Origin: Cycas panzhihuaensis | Lineage: Eukaryota > Plantae > Cycadophyta | Direction of reading: 5' to 3' | Length of the DNA stretch: 64,000 bases | Assembly: GCA_023213395.1 (NCBI GenBank) | Contig: CM041465.1 | Coordinates: forward strand, 197,415,741 to 197,479,740 | Shown: piece after piece, positions 38,840 through 50,985 of the stretch | Layout: each line of letters starts with the position of its first letter | How positions within the stretch are numbered: position 1 is the stretch's first letter | Notes under the pieces: model-generated | What the model saw: only the letters and a program-made list of their open reading frames with translations | Told to the model about the DNA's origin: nothing | Database searches by the model: none | Position numbers and translations under genes: made by a program

Positions 38840-41800
38840 TTAATTCTAACACTGTGGCTAAACCAAAACCTTTTAAATTTATCACAAGAGAGTGTTTTTG
38901 TAAAGATATCTGCAATCTATTCTTCAATAGACTTATAGAACAAATGTATATCACCATCCTGTACATGTTTCCTAATAAAGTGATGGTGAACCTTAATGTG
39001 TTTGGTTCTAGCCTCGAATATAAGATTCTTGGTCAATTTCAGAATACTTTGATTGTCACAAAACAATAATGTAGGTTATGTTTAATTGATTTTAAGCTCT
39101 TCAAGAATCCTTCTAAGCCAAATAAATTTAACAACTAAACTAATGATAACTTTATAGTCAACTTTAGTTGAAGATAGGGTAGCATTAGGCTACTTTTTAT
39201 AGGACCATAAAACTTAAATTGAACCTAGGTTAAAATAATAACTAAAGGTACATCTATGAATATCTTTGTATCCAACCTAATCTACATCTGTATAACCTAT
39301 TAATAAATGTTTTTTCAACTGATAGTAATCAAGTCTAAATTAAAAAGTACCTCAAAGATATTTTAGGATCCTCATTGTTACTTTCTAATATGAAATTTTG
39401 AGTTGTGTTATGAACCTAAAATAGATTTTAATGACATAGGCAATATTTGGTCAATTAGTAAGTTAATTTAGTTTCCCCATAAGTTATCTATACAATATTA
39501 GATCTATAGGTTTTCCATACTCATTGATGTATTCAAGACCCATCTCCATAAGAGTTGGCCATGGTTTACATTCACTTATCCTATATTTTTGAAAAAAAAT
39601 CTCTACATATTTTGGCTCCTACTAGACTTCCATGCCAAGAAAATAATGAAGCAACTTGAGGTTAGTAATCTCAAAGCTACTTTTTAGTTCTCCCTAGAGA
39701 TATGTAATCCACTTTATACCATTTCTAATTATCAATAAATCATCGAGATGAGGTATGATCTATTTAATCAAATTATAATGAATTTTGATATATGGATTTA
39801 AATTTAAATATGAGCAAAAAAGTCCATGCTTCTAAAAATATTCATAAATCTTTATATACCAAGTGTGAGGTAATTGTTTAAGACCATATAATGCCTTTTT
39901 AACTTTATAGACCAGGTGTTCTTTTCTATTAACAACAAAGTTGGGAGCCTAATTTATGTAGATTTCCTAATACAATTTGCTATTTAAGAAGGAACTTTTT
40001 ACATCCATCTGATACACAAGCTATTTGGATTGAGTTGCAAGTCTTAAAATAAGTATGATAGTGGTCATGTTGGTAATTGGTGTAAATTATCATCATAGTC
40101 TATACCTTCAACCTGTTTGAGACCTTTAACAACCAAATATGATTGATGTCACTGAATGGAGCCATTTACATGTAATTTTATTTTATAAATTCATCTATAA
40201 TCAATTAGTTTTTTTCCTTCAGGTAACTTAACAAACTATTTGCTATTATTCTAGGATAGAATCTATTTATTCAATCATTGCTACTTGCCATTTTGGATTT
40301 GTAATAGTTTCCTTAAAAGTAGAAGGTTTAAGAGTTGACAACACTTCTACCATTAAGGAAAAGTTAGTGGATGACATGTATTTTGATTATTTCATCATTT
40401 GTTGTAGTGGTGAAGGAGTAGAAGAGATCATCTACATGTACCATTTGAGTAATTACTTCAAAGTAGCCTCATCCTAGATATCCTTTAAAGGGCTGATAAG
40501 TAGAAATATAGATATAGAGGCATATGGTGAAGATGTGGAACCAAGAGTAAATGTTGATGCTAGAGGCATGCAGAGTAAGATGAGCAACTAGTGCTTTATC
40601 TAACTAATCATTAAAAAATAAAATATGATTGATATCCATATCCTAGTTCTCTTTTGAGAATATAGTATCATGAGATGTATGTATTTGGTTGGTGGTAAGA
40701 TCATATAATTTATTTGCTTTATAGCTAAGTTGATAACTAATAAAGGTATATTTCCTACTCTTATCATCTAACTTTTTCTTTTATTCTTTTGATATGAGTA
40801 TATATGTTATACAACCAAAAGTATACAAGTGCAAGACTATAAGTTTTTTACCTAACCAGGCCTCCTCAAGAGTAATGTTTAATATAGCCTCAATAGGGCT
40901 TTTATTTGTGAGATAAGCTATTGTATGAAGGGCTTCAATCTAGAATTGAAGTCTTAATCTCTTGGCAAAAAGCATAGCCTTGCCTTTGTTGACTAAGGTT
41001 TAATTCATATGCTCAACAATTTTTTTTTTTTAAGGACTATATGGGGTAAAAAGTTATTATTTGATGTTATTATCTTTGCAGAATTGGGTGAATTCATTGG
41101 ATGTATATTCACCTCCATTATCATAATAAAGGATTTTTAGTAGCCTTCTAGATTCAAGTTTTGTGCTATGTTTAAACTCTTTGAATTTGTCAAAAGATAT
41201 TAATTTTTACTTCATAAAATACACCTAAACTTTCCTAGAGCAATCATCAATGAATGTGATAAATTAATGATAGCTTCCAAAAGATGCTTAGGACACAGGT
41301 ATATAGATATTAGAATACACAAAACTTAAAGGTTCTTTAGCACATTAGGCTCTCCTTTTTGATCTAAAAGGAATCCAATGGTGTTTGCCTATTATATACG
41401 CATCACAAATAAACATAGTCTCCTTTATGTTCAGTATGCCATGCACCATATTCAATCTATATAGCAGATGAAGGTCTCATATATTTAAGTGACCTACGCA
41501 TTGATATTATTACTAGTCTTTTAAAATCTTAGGAGAAATATATATCTGAGAAGTAAATTAATTATCTAAATTTGATGTTAAAATAGAAGGATCAGAAGTT
41601 GAAGCTGAATTACTATAAGAACCAAATTCATATGTATGGATCAATGGTATGGTTATAACATCAAGTTTGTAGAGTCCGTAGTCTTTATATCTTGAGGTAA
41701 TTAAGTTGCCATTCAGATTAGTAATTAGGCATTTTTCAAGGTGGCTAAATAAAACATCAAAGTTTTATTTATTTATTTGGATAACTAAAAGTAAGTTGTG

Positions 41801-43110
41801 TATCATACCAAGTACATAGAAAACACTGTTGAGATGATGACGAATATTAGAATTCTTTAATAAGATAGGAATATTACCAATCTTAGCAACCTCAAGAGTA
41901 CTATCATCTCCAAAAGTGATAGATTGGTCCTTAATTAATCTTATATTACTAAGATGTTCTTCCAAACCTATCATGTATTGAGAGGCACCTAAATCGATCA
42001 ACCAGGAGATGTCAGAACAATGAGATGACAAAGTGGTAATGAATAGATTTTGAGAGTTAGACATGTAGCGTTCCTTGTTCTATCTTTGTTTACAATTTCT
42101 ATTCTATTGGTTCCTTTAAGGAGCATTTTAATTTTGTCTCCTCAGTCATTAACAATTTGGCTGATTCTATCTCCTCGATCACTGATAGTTTATATATCTA
42201 CGAGTTTGATTACTCTGCATAATGGGATAGTTTTGAAACCGTTGTTATTGAAGGTTAACTCTTTTTTTCTTGCAATTAGATGTTATGTGTCTAGGTTTGC
42301 CATAATGGTGATAAATAACTTAAGGATTATAAGATGGTTAAGACAAACTTGGTTGATAAAATTACTGATTAGGCTACTAATAAGGCTTTTGGTTTAAATT
42401 CATTGAACTAAACTGATGTGTCAACTATGGACATTGAGGTCTTACTCTATATTAGGCTACGAATGCTTGTGTGGAAGAGGTAGCACTTGGATTCCCTGAA
42501 TAGTTAAAATTACATTCTTCCTATAGTAATAGACCCTCAAATATATTAAAATCAATGGTAATAAGTTGATCTGTATGTGATTGATTAGATATGAAAGCAT
42601 TATAACTAGGTGGCAAAACATTAATAATGCAAGATATGAGGTCACTATCCTCTTGTGTCTAGCTTATAACTATAAATTGGTTCTTAATCACCTTAATCTA
42701 GAGTAAGTGAGTTGTTATAGATCCTACAAATAGAATTGAGGAAAGCTGGGCTTTGAGAATCACTACCCTGACATTGTCCTTTCTTTGATAGAGTGCACAT
42801 ATGATGTTCTAAGTGTCTATAGAGGTAAGGGCAAGTTCTATATTCTAGTCAACATTATCCTCATAGGTGAAGAAAAGAAAGGGTAACTTCATCAAACTTA
42901 GTAAAGGTAGCTATAACATCGGGATCAAGTGGAATAATGTTATCATAATCATTAAGATCTTGAATATGAATTGGCTTTAGGAATTTTTCTAGAAACATAA
43001 GGTTAAAGTTTATTTATAATTAGAATATTCTTGACTTGTTTCTTCCAAACTAAGAAGTTATCACTGCCAGATAATTTGATGGTATTAACTACAATCATCT
43101 GAAGTGTCAT
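38840..43110 (-). pseudogene. Degenerate copia gag-pol of element G
   Basis: ORF 41765..42064 is the protease (WLIDLGAS..M, ITFGDDSTLEV, NLLLV). Integrase, RT and RNase H motifs follow, with many stops. Confidence 0.9.
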
Positions 43111-44996
43111 AGTGTCTGATATATATCTTATCTACCTAAAAAAATGTGATCTGCTTTAGGATCTAAATCTCATTGTCTCCACTCCTAAATAGCCCCCAAT
43201 AGTTAAGATGGGCTTATCTAATAGCATACCTAGTCATAAGTGGAAGCTTGGGGACCCAATATACTCGAATATACATGAGTACTATAGAAGGCTCAGCTAC
43301 TCCATAACACCATTGAGCCATCTGCATCAGATTTATGGCCTGAATGATAGATCCTTATCTAAGGGCATATTTATAACTAAGGTACTCGCCCCCTCTAAGC
43401 CTAGTCTAGTCTCCAAACTCTAAGGTTTTGGGTATAAACACCTTAGCCTACCATTGATTACATATAATAGATAATAGGCTTCTCTAATATCTCTAGAATT
43501 TGAGAAAGACTAATAGTGTATGAGGAGTGGTAACATTAGGGGTCCCAACTATTCCCTTTATAAGGCTAGTAATCAAGTGGTTCTTTTGATTTTTATCTTT
43601 CTTAAAGTATTTAATTAATTTTAAAATGATTTTATAATTAATAGATTCATTTTAATGTTTTAAGTAGAAAAAATAAAAAATTTCCTTTAAAAAACATTGA
43701 AAAAGTGTTTAAAATGGATTAGAAATATGCCTTAAAAAGTTAAAAAATGATTAAAAATTAATTTTAGGTTAGGGACCAATATCAAAAAATGGAATATTAA
43801 AAGACTATACTAATTTATATAACCTAAAGTCTTTTAAACTTTATAAAAATCAAGTAGAGCAATGAGAACATAAAAAAATGATGGAACATAGTGGATATAG
43901 GAGGCAAGATCTCTTTGCAGAAGTAATGGAATCCTAATATGTCTTCTCCACTACGAAGATAACTCTCCCAGGGTTAGATTAAGCAATCATATAACATACA
44001 TTTGTCCATCCAACTATGTGCATGAGTTTAATAAAACCAACAGAAGTGTCTCAATCCTCAAATTATTGTAAACTTGATGAAATTAAAGTAAAAAATACTA
44101 TTTCTACCTCTGTAATTACCTTTGAATATATTCTAAATTAATATACCTAGCCTATAATGAGATTAGAGTCTAGCATTCATAAAAATAACCATAATAACAA
44201 TAGCATCCAAAGATGAAAAACATCACTATGTAGAGGTCACACAGGGCAATGAGTGATATAAGGACCACGTAGAGCACTCAAAGAGCAATGTAGACTTTGT
44301 ATGAATCAATCCTAGATTATGCAGACCATGTAGATAAAGATTGAATCTATGCAGGGGCCACGTCGATCACATAAAGGGGCCATATAGGCCACAAATAGAC
44401 CACATAAGGTAAACAAGAGTAAATAAAGAGCCACATAGGGCCAAAGACAAGCCACGAACGATCCAACAACTAGTATAGAACAAATAAAGGCTAGGAAATG
44501 CACCCAAAGGCTATGCAAGAATGGGAATGAGTTGTAGAGACCACATAGGGTTAAACGTATATAATAATGATAGCTTTAGAGTACTATAGGTGATTAAAAA
44601 AGGTAAAATAGAGGTTAAATAGGGCCAAATAGTTTTAATAGAGGTTGCCTCTTTGTATAGCAACCATAATACAACTTAAGCTTGAACACAATCAACAATA
44701 AATCCATAACATCCATGAGAGAATAAACATGCCATTTAATGATATAAAGATGTTTGAAGTATGAATTACATTCACCATATATATCTCTTTATTTGATTTG
44801 ATTAGTAAATCAAAGCAAGTAGTTTTTGTTACAGAAGCCTTTTGATTAAAAAAGTAGGGTAAACTCAGCTTTCTCTAGTTCAACTAAGATAATGAAGGTA
44901 TTTTACAACTACTACACTTCACTGCCTACTATAATATAGAGGGAAAATAATAGAGTAAGTTAGAATAAAACTAAGTAATAGACTTAGCAAAGACTA

Positions 44997-45008
44997 GCTC
45001 TAATACCA
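44997..45008 (-). promoter_or_regulatory. Primer-binding site (initiator tRNA-Met) of element G
   Basis: TGGTATTAGAGC on the - strand, 2 nt from the LTR. Confidence 0.9.
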
Positions 45009-45010
45009 AG

Positions 45011-45452
45011 TAAAAGGGCACGGAGTTCTACCTAGTTTGTAACCTAGGTTTAAGACTCAAATCATCCACTAAAACATTCATAAAACAAAAATCAAAAGAA
45101 ACTAAAATTAATCACAAATGCTCTAAAGTATTGTTTCATTCATTTATATTAAAATCAAAGTATATCATATAATAAAGAGATATAAAATAAAAGAGGTTGT
45201 TACAAAGTATAAAGAGAATATAAACATAAGATTATGTAAGGTGACAATTGGTACCTTTCATGATTAAGCTAACTTATGACATTTACATATAAGAACAAAA
45301 GCAACCCCACACAATTTGGTTAACAATAATAAGTTGTGACTAAACCTATTTACACTAATGAAGCCCTCTATGTAAAGTATATACAATATTATATTAAAAA
45401 TATAATTGATCCATTGATAAATTAATGAAGTACATCATTAATTCTTCTATCA
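45011..45452 (-). repeat. 5' LTR of element G
   Basis: Direct repeat of 38354-38817, followed by the TSD. Confidence 0.95.
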
Positions 45453-45971
45453 TTATCAAATGGATATAAAATGTTCCTTCCTTAATGGCCTTGTTCATAA
45501 AGAAATCTATGTTGAACAACCTAAAGGATTTGAAGTTCCAAATTTAAAAAGGTACTATATAGATTTAAGTAAGTTCCAAGAGCTTAGTATTCAAGAATTG
45601 ACAAGTACTTTAAAGATAAAGGATTCTTGAAAAGTTAATCAGGCCCCAACTTATATGTCAAGAAAAATGGAGATTTAATATTATTAGTTGGGTTGTATAT
45701 TGATGACCTTGTTTTCACTAGGAATAGCTAATAACTACTTAAGAAAGATATGCATGGAGAATTTGAAATGTTATATTTATGTAAAATGCATTATTTCTTA
45801 GGAATTAAAGTCTAGAAAGAAGAGGATAATATCTTTATTTTATAAGAGAAATACATGTTAGATATTCTATACAAGTTCAATATTGATCATTACAAATTAG
45901 TTTCAAAATTTACAAAAGTTAAGATGAAGTTATCAAAATATAAGACTTTTAAACCAATTGATCTATCACTA

Positions 45972-48900
45972 TGAAGAAAGAATGGATCTAAGGAATAAAT
46001 CACTCACATGCACACAATGGTAATAGAGAATGAAGAAGAGATGAAAACAAGATATGAGAGCAAAGTTTGTAGGTAAAAATAAATAGCTCCCTCCTTAGGA
46101 TTTCATCTTTTATTATTGAGGGTAAGTATTAGGGTTAGAATTTTCCTACCTAATGACATAAACCTGAAATTACATCTAAATATATATAAAATGTATTTCA
46201 CTAAGAGACTAATGATAATAATATATTCTAAGGTCATTTAACTAATCTACATAAATGACCTTGATATATTAACCTGTTTCAATCCCTCTCTTAATAGTGG
46301 AAGGTCATTTTGAGAAAATCTATTCTATGAGGTCTTCATTTGAGCCTCATTATTACATTGAAATTCTAAATGACACTTTTATAAGAAAACCCTCATAGGG
46401 AATAAAAACCCATAGACTTTCTAAGATCTATAGCCCATTTTATAAATTAAAATGGCTAAATGGCTCTTGATGTAGCTTGATTGCCAAACAACTTAAATAT
46501 GTAGTTTGATTTGCTAGGTCTCCATATATCATTTGGTCATCGCCTATGCCCTTTCAGGTTTTCATAGGTTGTGATTTTCTAAAACTAGTATAACCTTTAT
46601 CCTTCTATGCTCACATGGGGTTTTCACAAATAAGATAGAGCAGATACTTACTCTTATTCTTCTATGTTCACAAGGGGTTTTCATGAGTAGAATAGAGTAT
46701 GATGATCCTATTACCATTTTCTTTGATTAGTCAAAGATGGAGACCCTAAGGTCGAGTTATCTTTGGAACTGTTCAAACTTCACCCTTTGCAGCAGTTTGG
46801 TGAAGATATCAGCCAATTAATCTACAATGGGGTAGTATTCTAGTTGAATTATATTGTCATGAACTAATTCTCTAATCCTATAGACTTTTATACTTATATG
46901 TTTTGTATGATTATGAAATATAGGATTTTTTACCATATGGATTGTTGATTGATTATCCACACAAAGGCTAGTAGGACTTATTTGGGTGATATTCAATGTT
47001 TCTAATAATTTTCTAAGCCATATCACTTCCTTATTAGTCTTAGAAGCAGTAATGTATTCAGTTTTGATAGTTGAATTAATAACTATCTTCTATTGTTTAT
47101 ATCTCTATGATATTGGTACTATTCCAAGAAGCATTACATACCCAAACATTGATCTTCCTGTATCTTTATATCTTGTAAAGTTTGAGTTTGTATATGCAAA
47201 AAGCTTAAATTCATTATTAGGTTTATACAATAGACCAAATTTACTAGTTGTCTTTAGGTATTTTAACACTCGAACTACAGCCTGCTAGTGATTCTACTTA
47301 GGATTTACCGTGAATCGTGCAAGAATACTAATAAAGTATGTAATATCTGGTCTTGTATTGGTAGAGTAGATGATACTACTTATAAGCTTCCTGTAGAGTG
47401 TTGCATCTACCTCTCTAATATCACCATCAGTTGAGAGTTTGGTATTAGGGTCCATAGGTATAGTCACTGGTTGAACATCTTCTAACTGAAACTTGGTTAG
47501 AAGATTGTTGATGTATTTTTCTTGGGAGAGGAAAAATTTTCTATTCTTTTATATTACTTCAATTTCTAAGTAATATTTCATTAAATCAATATCAGAAAAT
47601 TTAAATGTTTTGCTGAGGTTCTTTTTCAACTCGCTTATTGCCTATTCACTGTTACTCGTTACTAGCATGTCATCTACAAAGATTATGAGATAAGTGACTT
47701 TGTTCTTTTAGCACTTGATAAACAATGTTATATCAATATCTTAGTACTCACAAACTTCATATCCAAGTTGTCTCATTATTTCAGATAACTTGGCAAACCA
47801 AGCATGAGGGGCTTATTTAAGGCCGTACAAGGACTTTTTGAACCTACAAACCTTATGCTATTGACCTTTAATCTCGTATCCTTCCAGCTGAGCTATGTAA
47901 ATTTCTTCTTCAAGATCCCCATTGATAAATGCAGTCTTAATATTAAGTTAGTGGATTTTCTAACCCTGTTAAGTAGTAAAGGCCATCGGAGTTTTAATTA
48001 TAGGCCAATTAGTTGTAGGTGCAAAGACTTTAGTGTAGTTGATGCCTTCCCTTTGTGTGAATCCCTTAGGTACCAACCTCAGCTTATTTTTTTCAAGGGT
48101 GTCATCTGATCTATATTTGTTTTTGAACACCCATTTATTTTGAACTACCTTTCTGCCAAGTGATAGATTAATGAGCTTCCATGTACCATTTTTTATGAGA
48201 TATTGGTATTCTTTATTCATTGCATTTCTCCAAACTATATGTTTTATAGCTTCTTGGTATGAGAGAGGCTCTTCATTAAGAGTAAGGTACAATTCTACCA
48301 GTTTAAGCTTAGTATATAATGATTCTTACATCTTTTCTCTATGGGTATTTTAAGTGCCTATTTTACCCACCTAATTTGGTCGTATATCCTTGTTGAGTTG
48401 GTGGGCTTCATGAGATTCTCGAGTTAGGAATGGGGTCTTCATTTTCTCAACTTTTTAGTTCTTATCTTTTTCATTAAAATAATTATTTTATGAAGAGTAT
48501 ATTGATATACCTAGGGAAGATGGTCCTTCTACCACTATTTTGCCTTTGTCAATTGAAGGTAGAGAGGATGATTATTCTATAATGGCTTTGCCTTTATCAA
48601 CTCTATTATCTTTAAAGGATGGGATTGGATGTGTACTTATCAGTTTAGAGTTATAGTTTATATCCTCGAAGGCTCTATTACCAGCTTCTAATATTTGGAG
48701 TAATTTATATGTGTCTCGCCCCCCCCCCCCCCCCCCCAAAATTTTAGAATCTAAACATCATACTTGATAACATCATTGTAGCAGCATGAGGGTGTTTTGG
48801 AGTCTAGTCTAAGTAACTAATCCTCTGTCTTTGCAAAAATAAATCTCTGATAACAATGATTTTTCATTGTAAAGGTATAAAGACCTTACACTATTTCTTT

Positions 48901-50985
48901 TACATAGGGTATTTGATAAATATACCTTTAAGTTCTCTTAGCTAGAGTTTATTTCAATCTATATCAAGAATATGGGCATAGTATGTAGAGTTAAAATTTT
49001 TAAAATAGTAAATAATAGGGGCTTGTCCTGACCACTTTTTATTAGGTGATTATCCTTCCTTTAATGGGTTAATAACATTGATGTAATAAACAATTGTCCA
49101 GATGGCTTTGGCCCATAGGTAGGCAAGTACATTTTTGTATACCAACATCACTTAAGCCATGCTCATGATTGTCATGTTCATGCACTCCGTAACTCTATTT
49201 TACTGTGGGGTACCTACTACTATTGTTTGATATTTGATGCCATTATCTCAAAAATAACTTTCAAACTCATGTGAGGTATATTCACCACCATTATCAGTTT
49301 GAAGACATTTGAGTTGATAATGTGATTTTTTTTTAGTGTGGGCTTTGAATTCTTTGAATACACGGAAGGGTTAATCTTTCTTGCATAGAAAAAATACCCA
49401 TACTTTCCTAGTGAAATCATTAATGAAAGAGATGTAATATAACTTACCCTTTAGTGAAGGAATAGGCATTGGTCCACATAGATCAGAGTGTACCAATTAT
49501 AATGGATAACTTGATTTTCACTAACTTTTGGGAAAGGGTTGTCGATGAAATTTGGTAATGATACAAGTTTTATATTTGAAGGGCTTAGAGGAGAACTTTG
49601 GAAGACTTGGAAAAGTGTTACAAAGATCTTTAAGTTTATCAATGTGAACATGACCCATGCAAGCATGACAAAGAGCTTCTGGTGACAATGTTAGGTGGGT
49701 CAAGATGGTGTTAAATGTAAATTCTTCATCAGTGTAAGAGCTTTGGGCACAATGGACTTTAGAAGATGGAGAGCTATTTAGTCAAAAGAGTTTATGAGTG
49801 AGATGTCTAGTCAAGACTGCTCGATAAGTCAAAGGGTGAATGACTTGGAGAGTTAAATCATTTATGGTTACACTTAGATTAAATCTATAAGAGATAAGTG
49901 TGGATAATGAGAGAAGGTTTTGTTTGAGGTTAGGTATGTATAAGACATTAAGTAATGGAAAATCTCTTAAGCTTGGGAGTTTCACATGGATGTTACCAAT
50001 TCCTTTAATAAGTTATTATGATTTATCAGCCATATGAATAACTCCTTGAATATTTAAGTCAAATATTTGATATAAACTATGATTCTACGTCATATATTGA
50101 GTTGCTTTTATGTCCATAATCCACTATTTATCAATTGAAGTAATACTATTTGCAATTCTAATAGGGCTTAGCATTGGTGAAGGGAATTTACAAGTGATAT
50201 ATCCACATTGAGTTTCAAAGTATCTATGTGGTTGGTCAATAGAATTTAATGTTGAAAATGCCTTAATTCTTTGAAAGTGTGCTTATATAAAACCTACCCT
50301 ACTAAATGATTCTTTACAAGTTTCTTTAATATTATGAGCTCTATGTTTCTATTGGAACTTGGCTAACTTATAAGTGGTGGTTCTGTAATGTTTTGTAAAG
50401 TGTCCTTTATGGTTACATTAATTATACATAATCGTTTGATTACCAGTACCTAAAAGGGTATTGGTTTAGCCTGACTATATTGCTTTTTATTGAGGTGGCC
50501 CTTAACCTTGAGATTATCGAGGTTGTGACTGAGGGATTGGTTGACCTTATGGATGATTTCCCATGTTTCTTCCACTTCTTTTTGCTCATTTATTTCCTCT
50601 GCCATGAGAGGGATCTTGATTCTTTGTGTAGTAATATTCTTCTTCCATCTCAAAGGCTATATCTGGAAGAGAGTTAGAGGCTACAAAGTTGATATCAAAG
50701 GTCTTGTCAAATTCTATGAACTTCTTAGTAAGTTCTTCGAAGTTGAGTGTCTTCAATACTCCACTAGATTAAAGACTTCTAAGCAAGTTTTTATAATTAG
50801 GGATATGTAGATATGATTAGATTAAGAATGCCCAAGTGATGCATTAAGTCTTAAAATCTTTCTCAATTGCTTATTTTATTGGTCGAAGGAGATTTATTGT
50901 CTCATGAGCTTGTCCCTTCTGTATTTTTAATTTATTCATTAAAAAAAAAAAAAGAATAAATTTTAAGTTTGACTTGGTTTTTTCA
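45972..50985 (-). mobile_element. Ty1/copia element F (family of A), 3' LTR 45972-46281, 5' LTR/leader/gag N-terminus deleted
   Basis: ORFs 47969..48292 (RT EEPLSYQEA...), 46817..47026 (RNase H VDNQS...HTKHI), 49521..49703 (GAG-pre-integrase); PPT aagagagggat (-) 46282-46292; flanks cacta (45967-45971) / tatta (50986-50990). Confidence 0.92.
48719..48737. repeat. C19 homopolymer inside element F
   Basis: Read directly from the sequence. The homologous site in element A (~6991) has only G4. Confidence 0.95.

Larger units (their letters stand above)
38354..45452 (-). mobile_element. Full-length Ty1/copia element G with both LTRs, Met PBS, PPT, TSD and ~1.9 kb 5' leader
   Basis: LTRs 38354-38817 and 45011-45452; PBS tggtattagagc (-) 44997-45008; PPT aagggaggg (-) 38818-38826; TSD ctatc (38349-38353) / ttatc (45453-45457); gag starts at 43110 (IKLSGSDNFLVWKKQ); protease SWLIDLGASQYM; RNase H IADIFTK. 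Confidence 0.96.
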
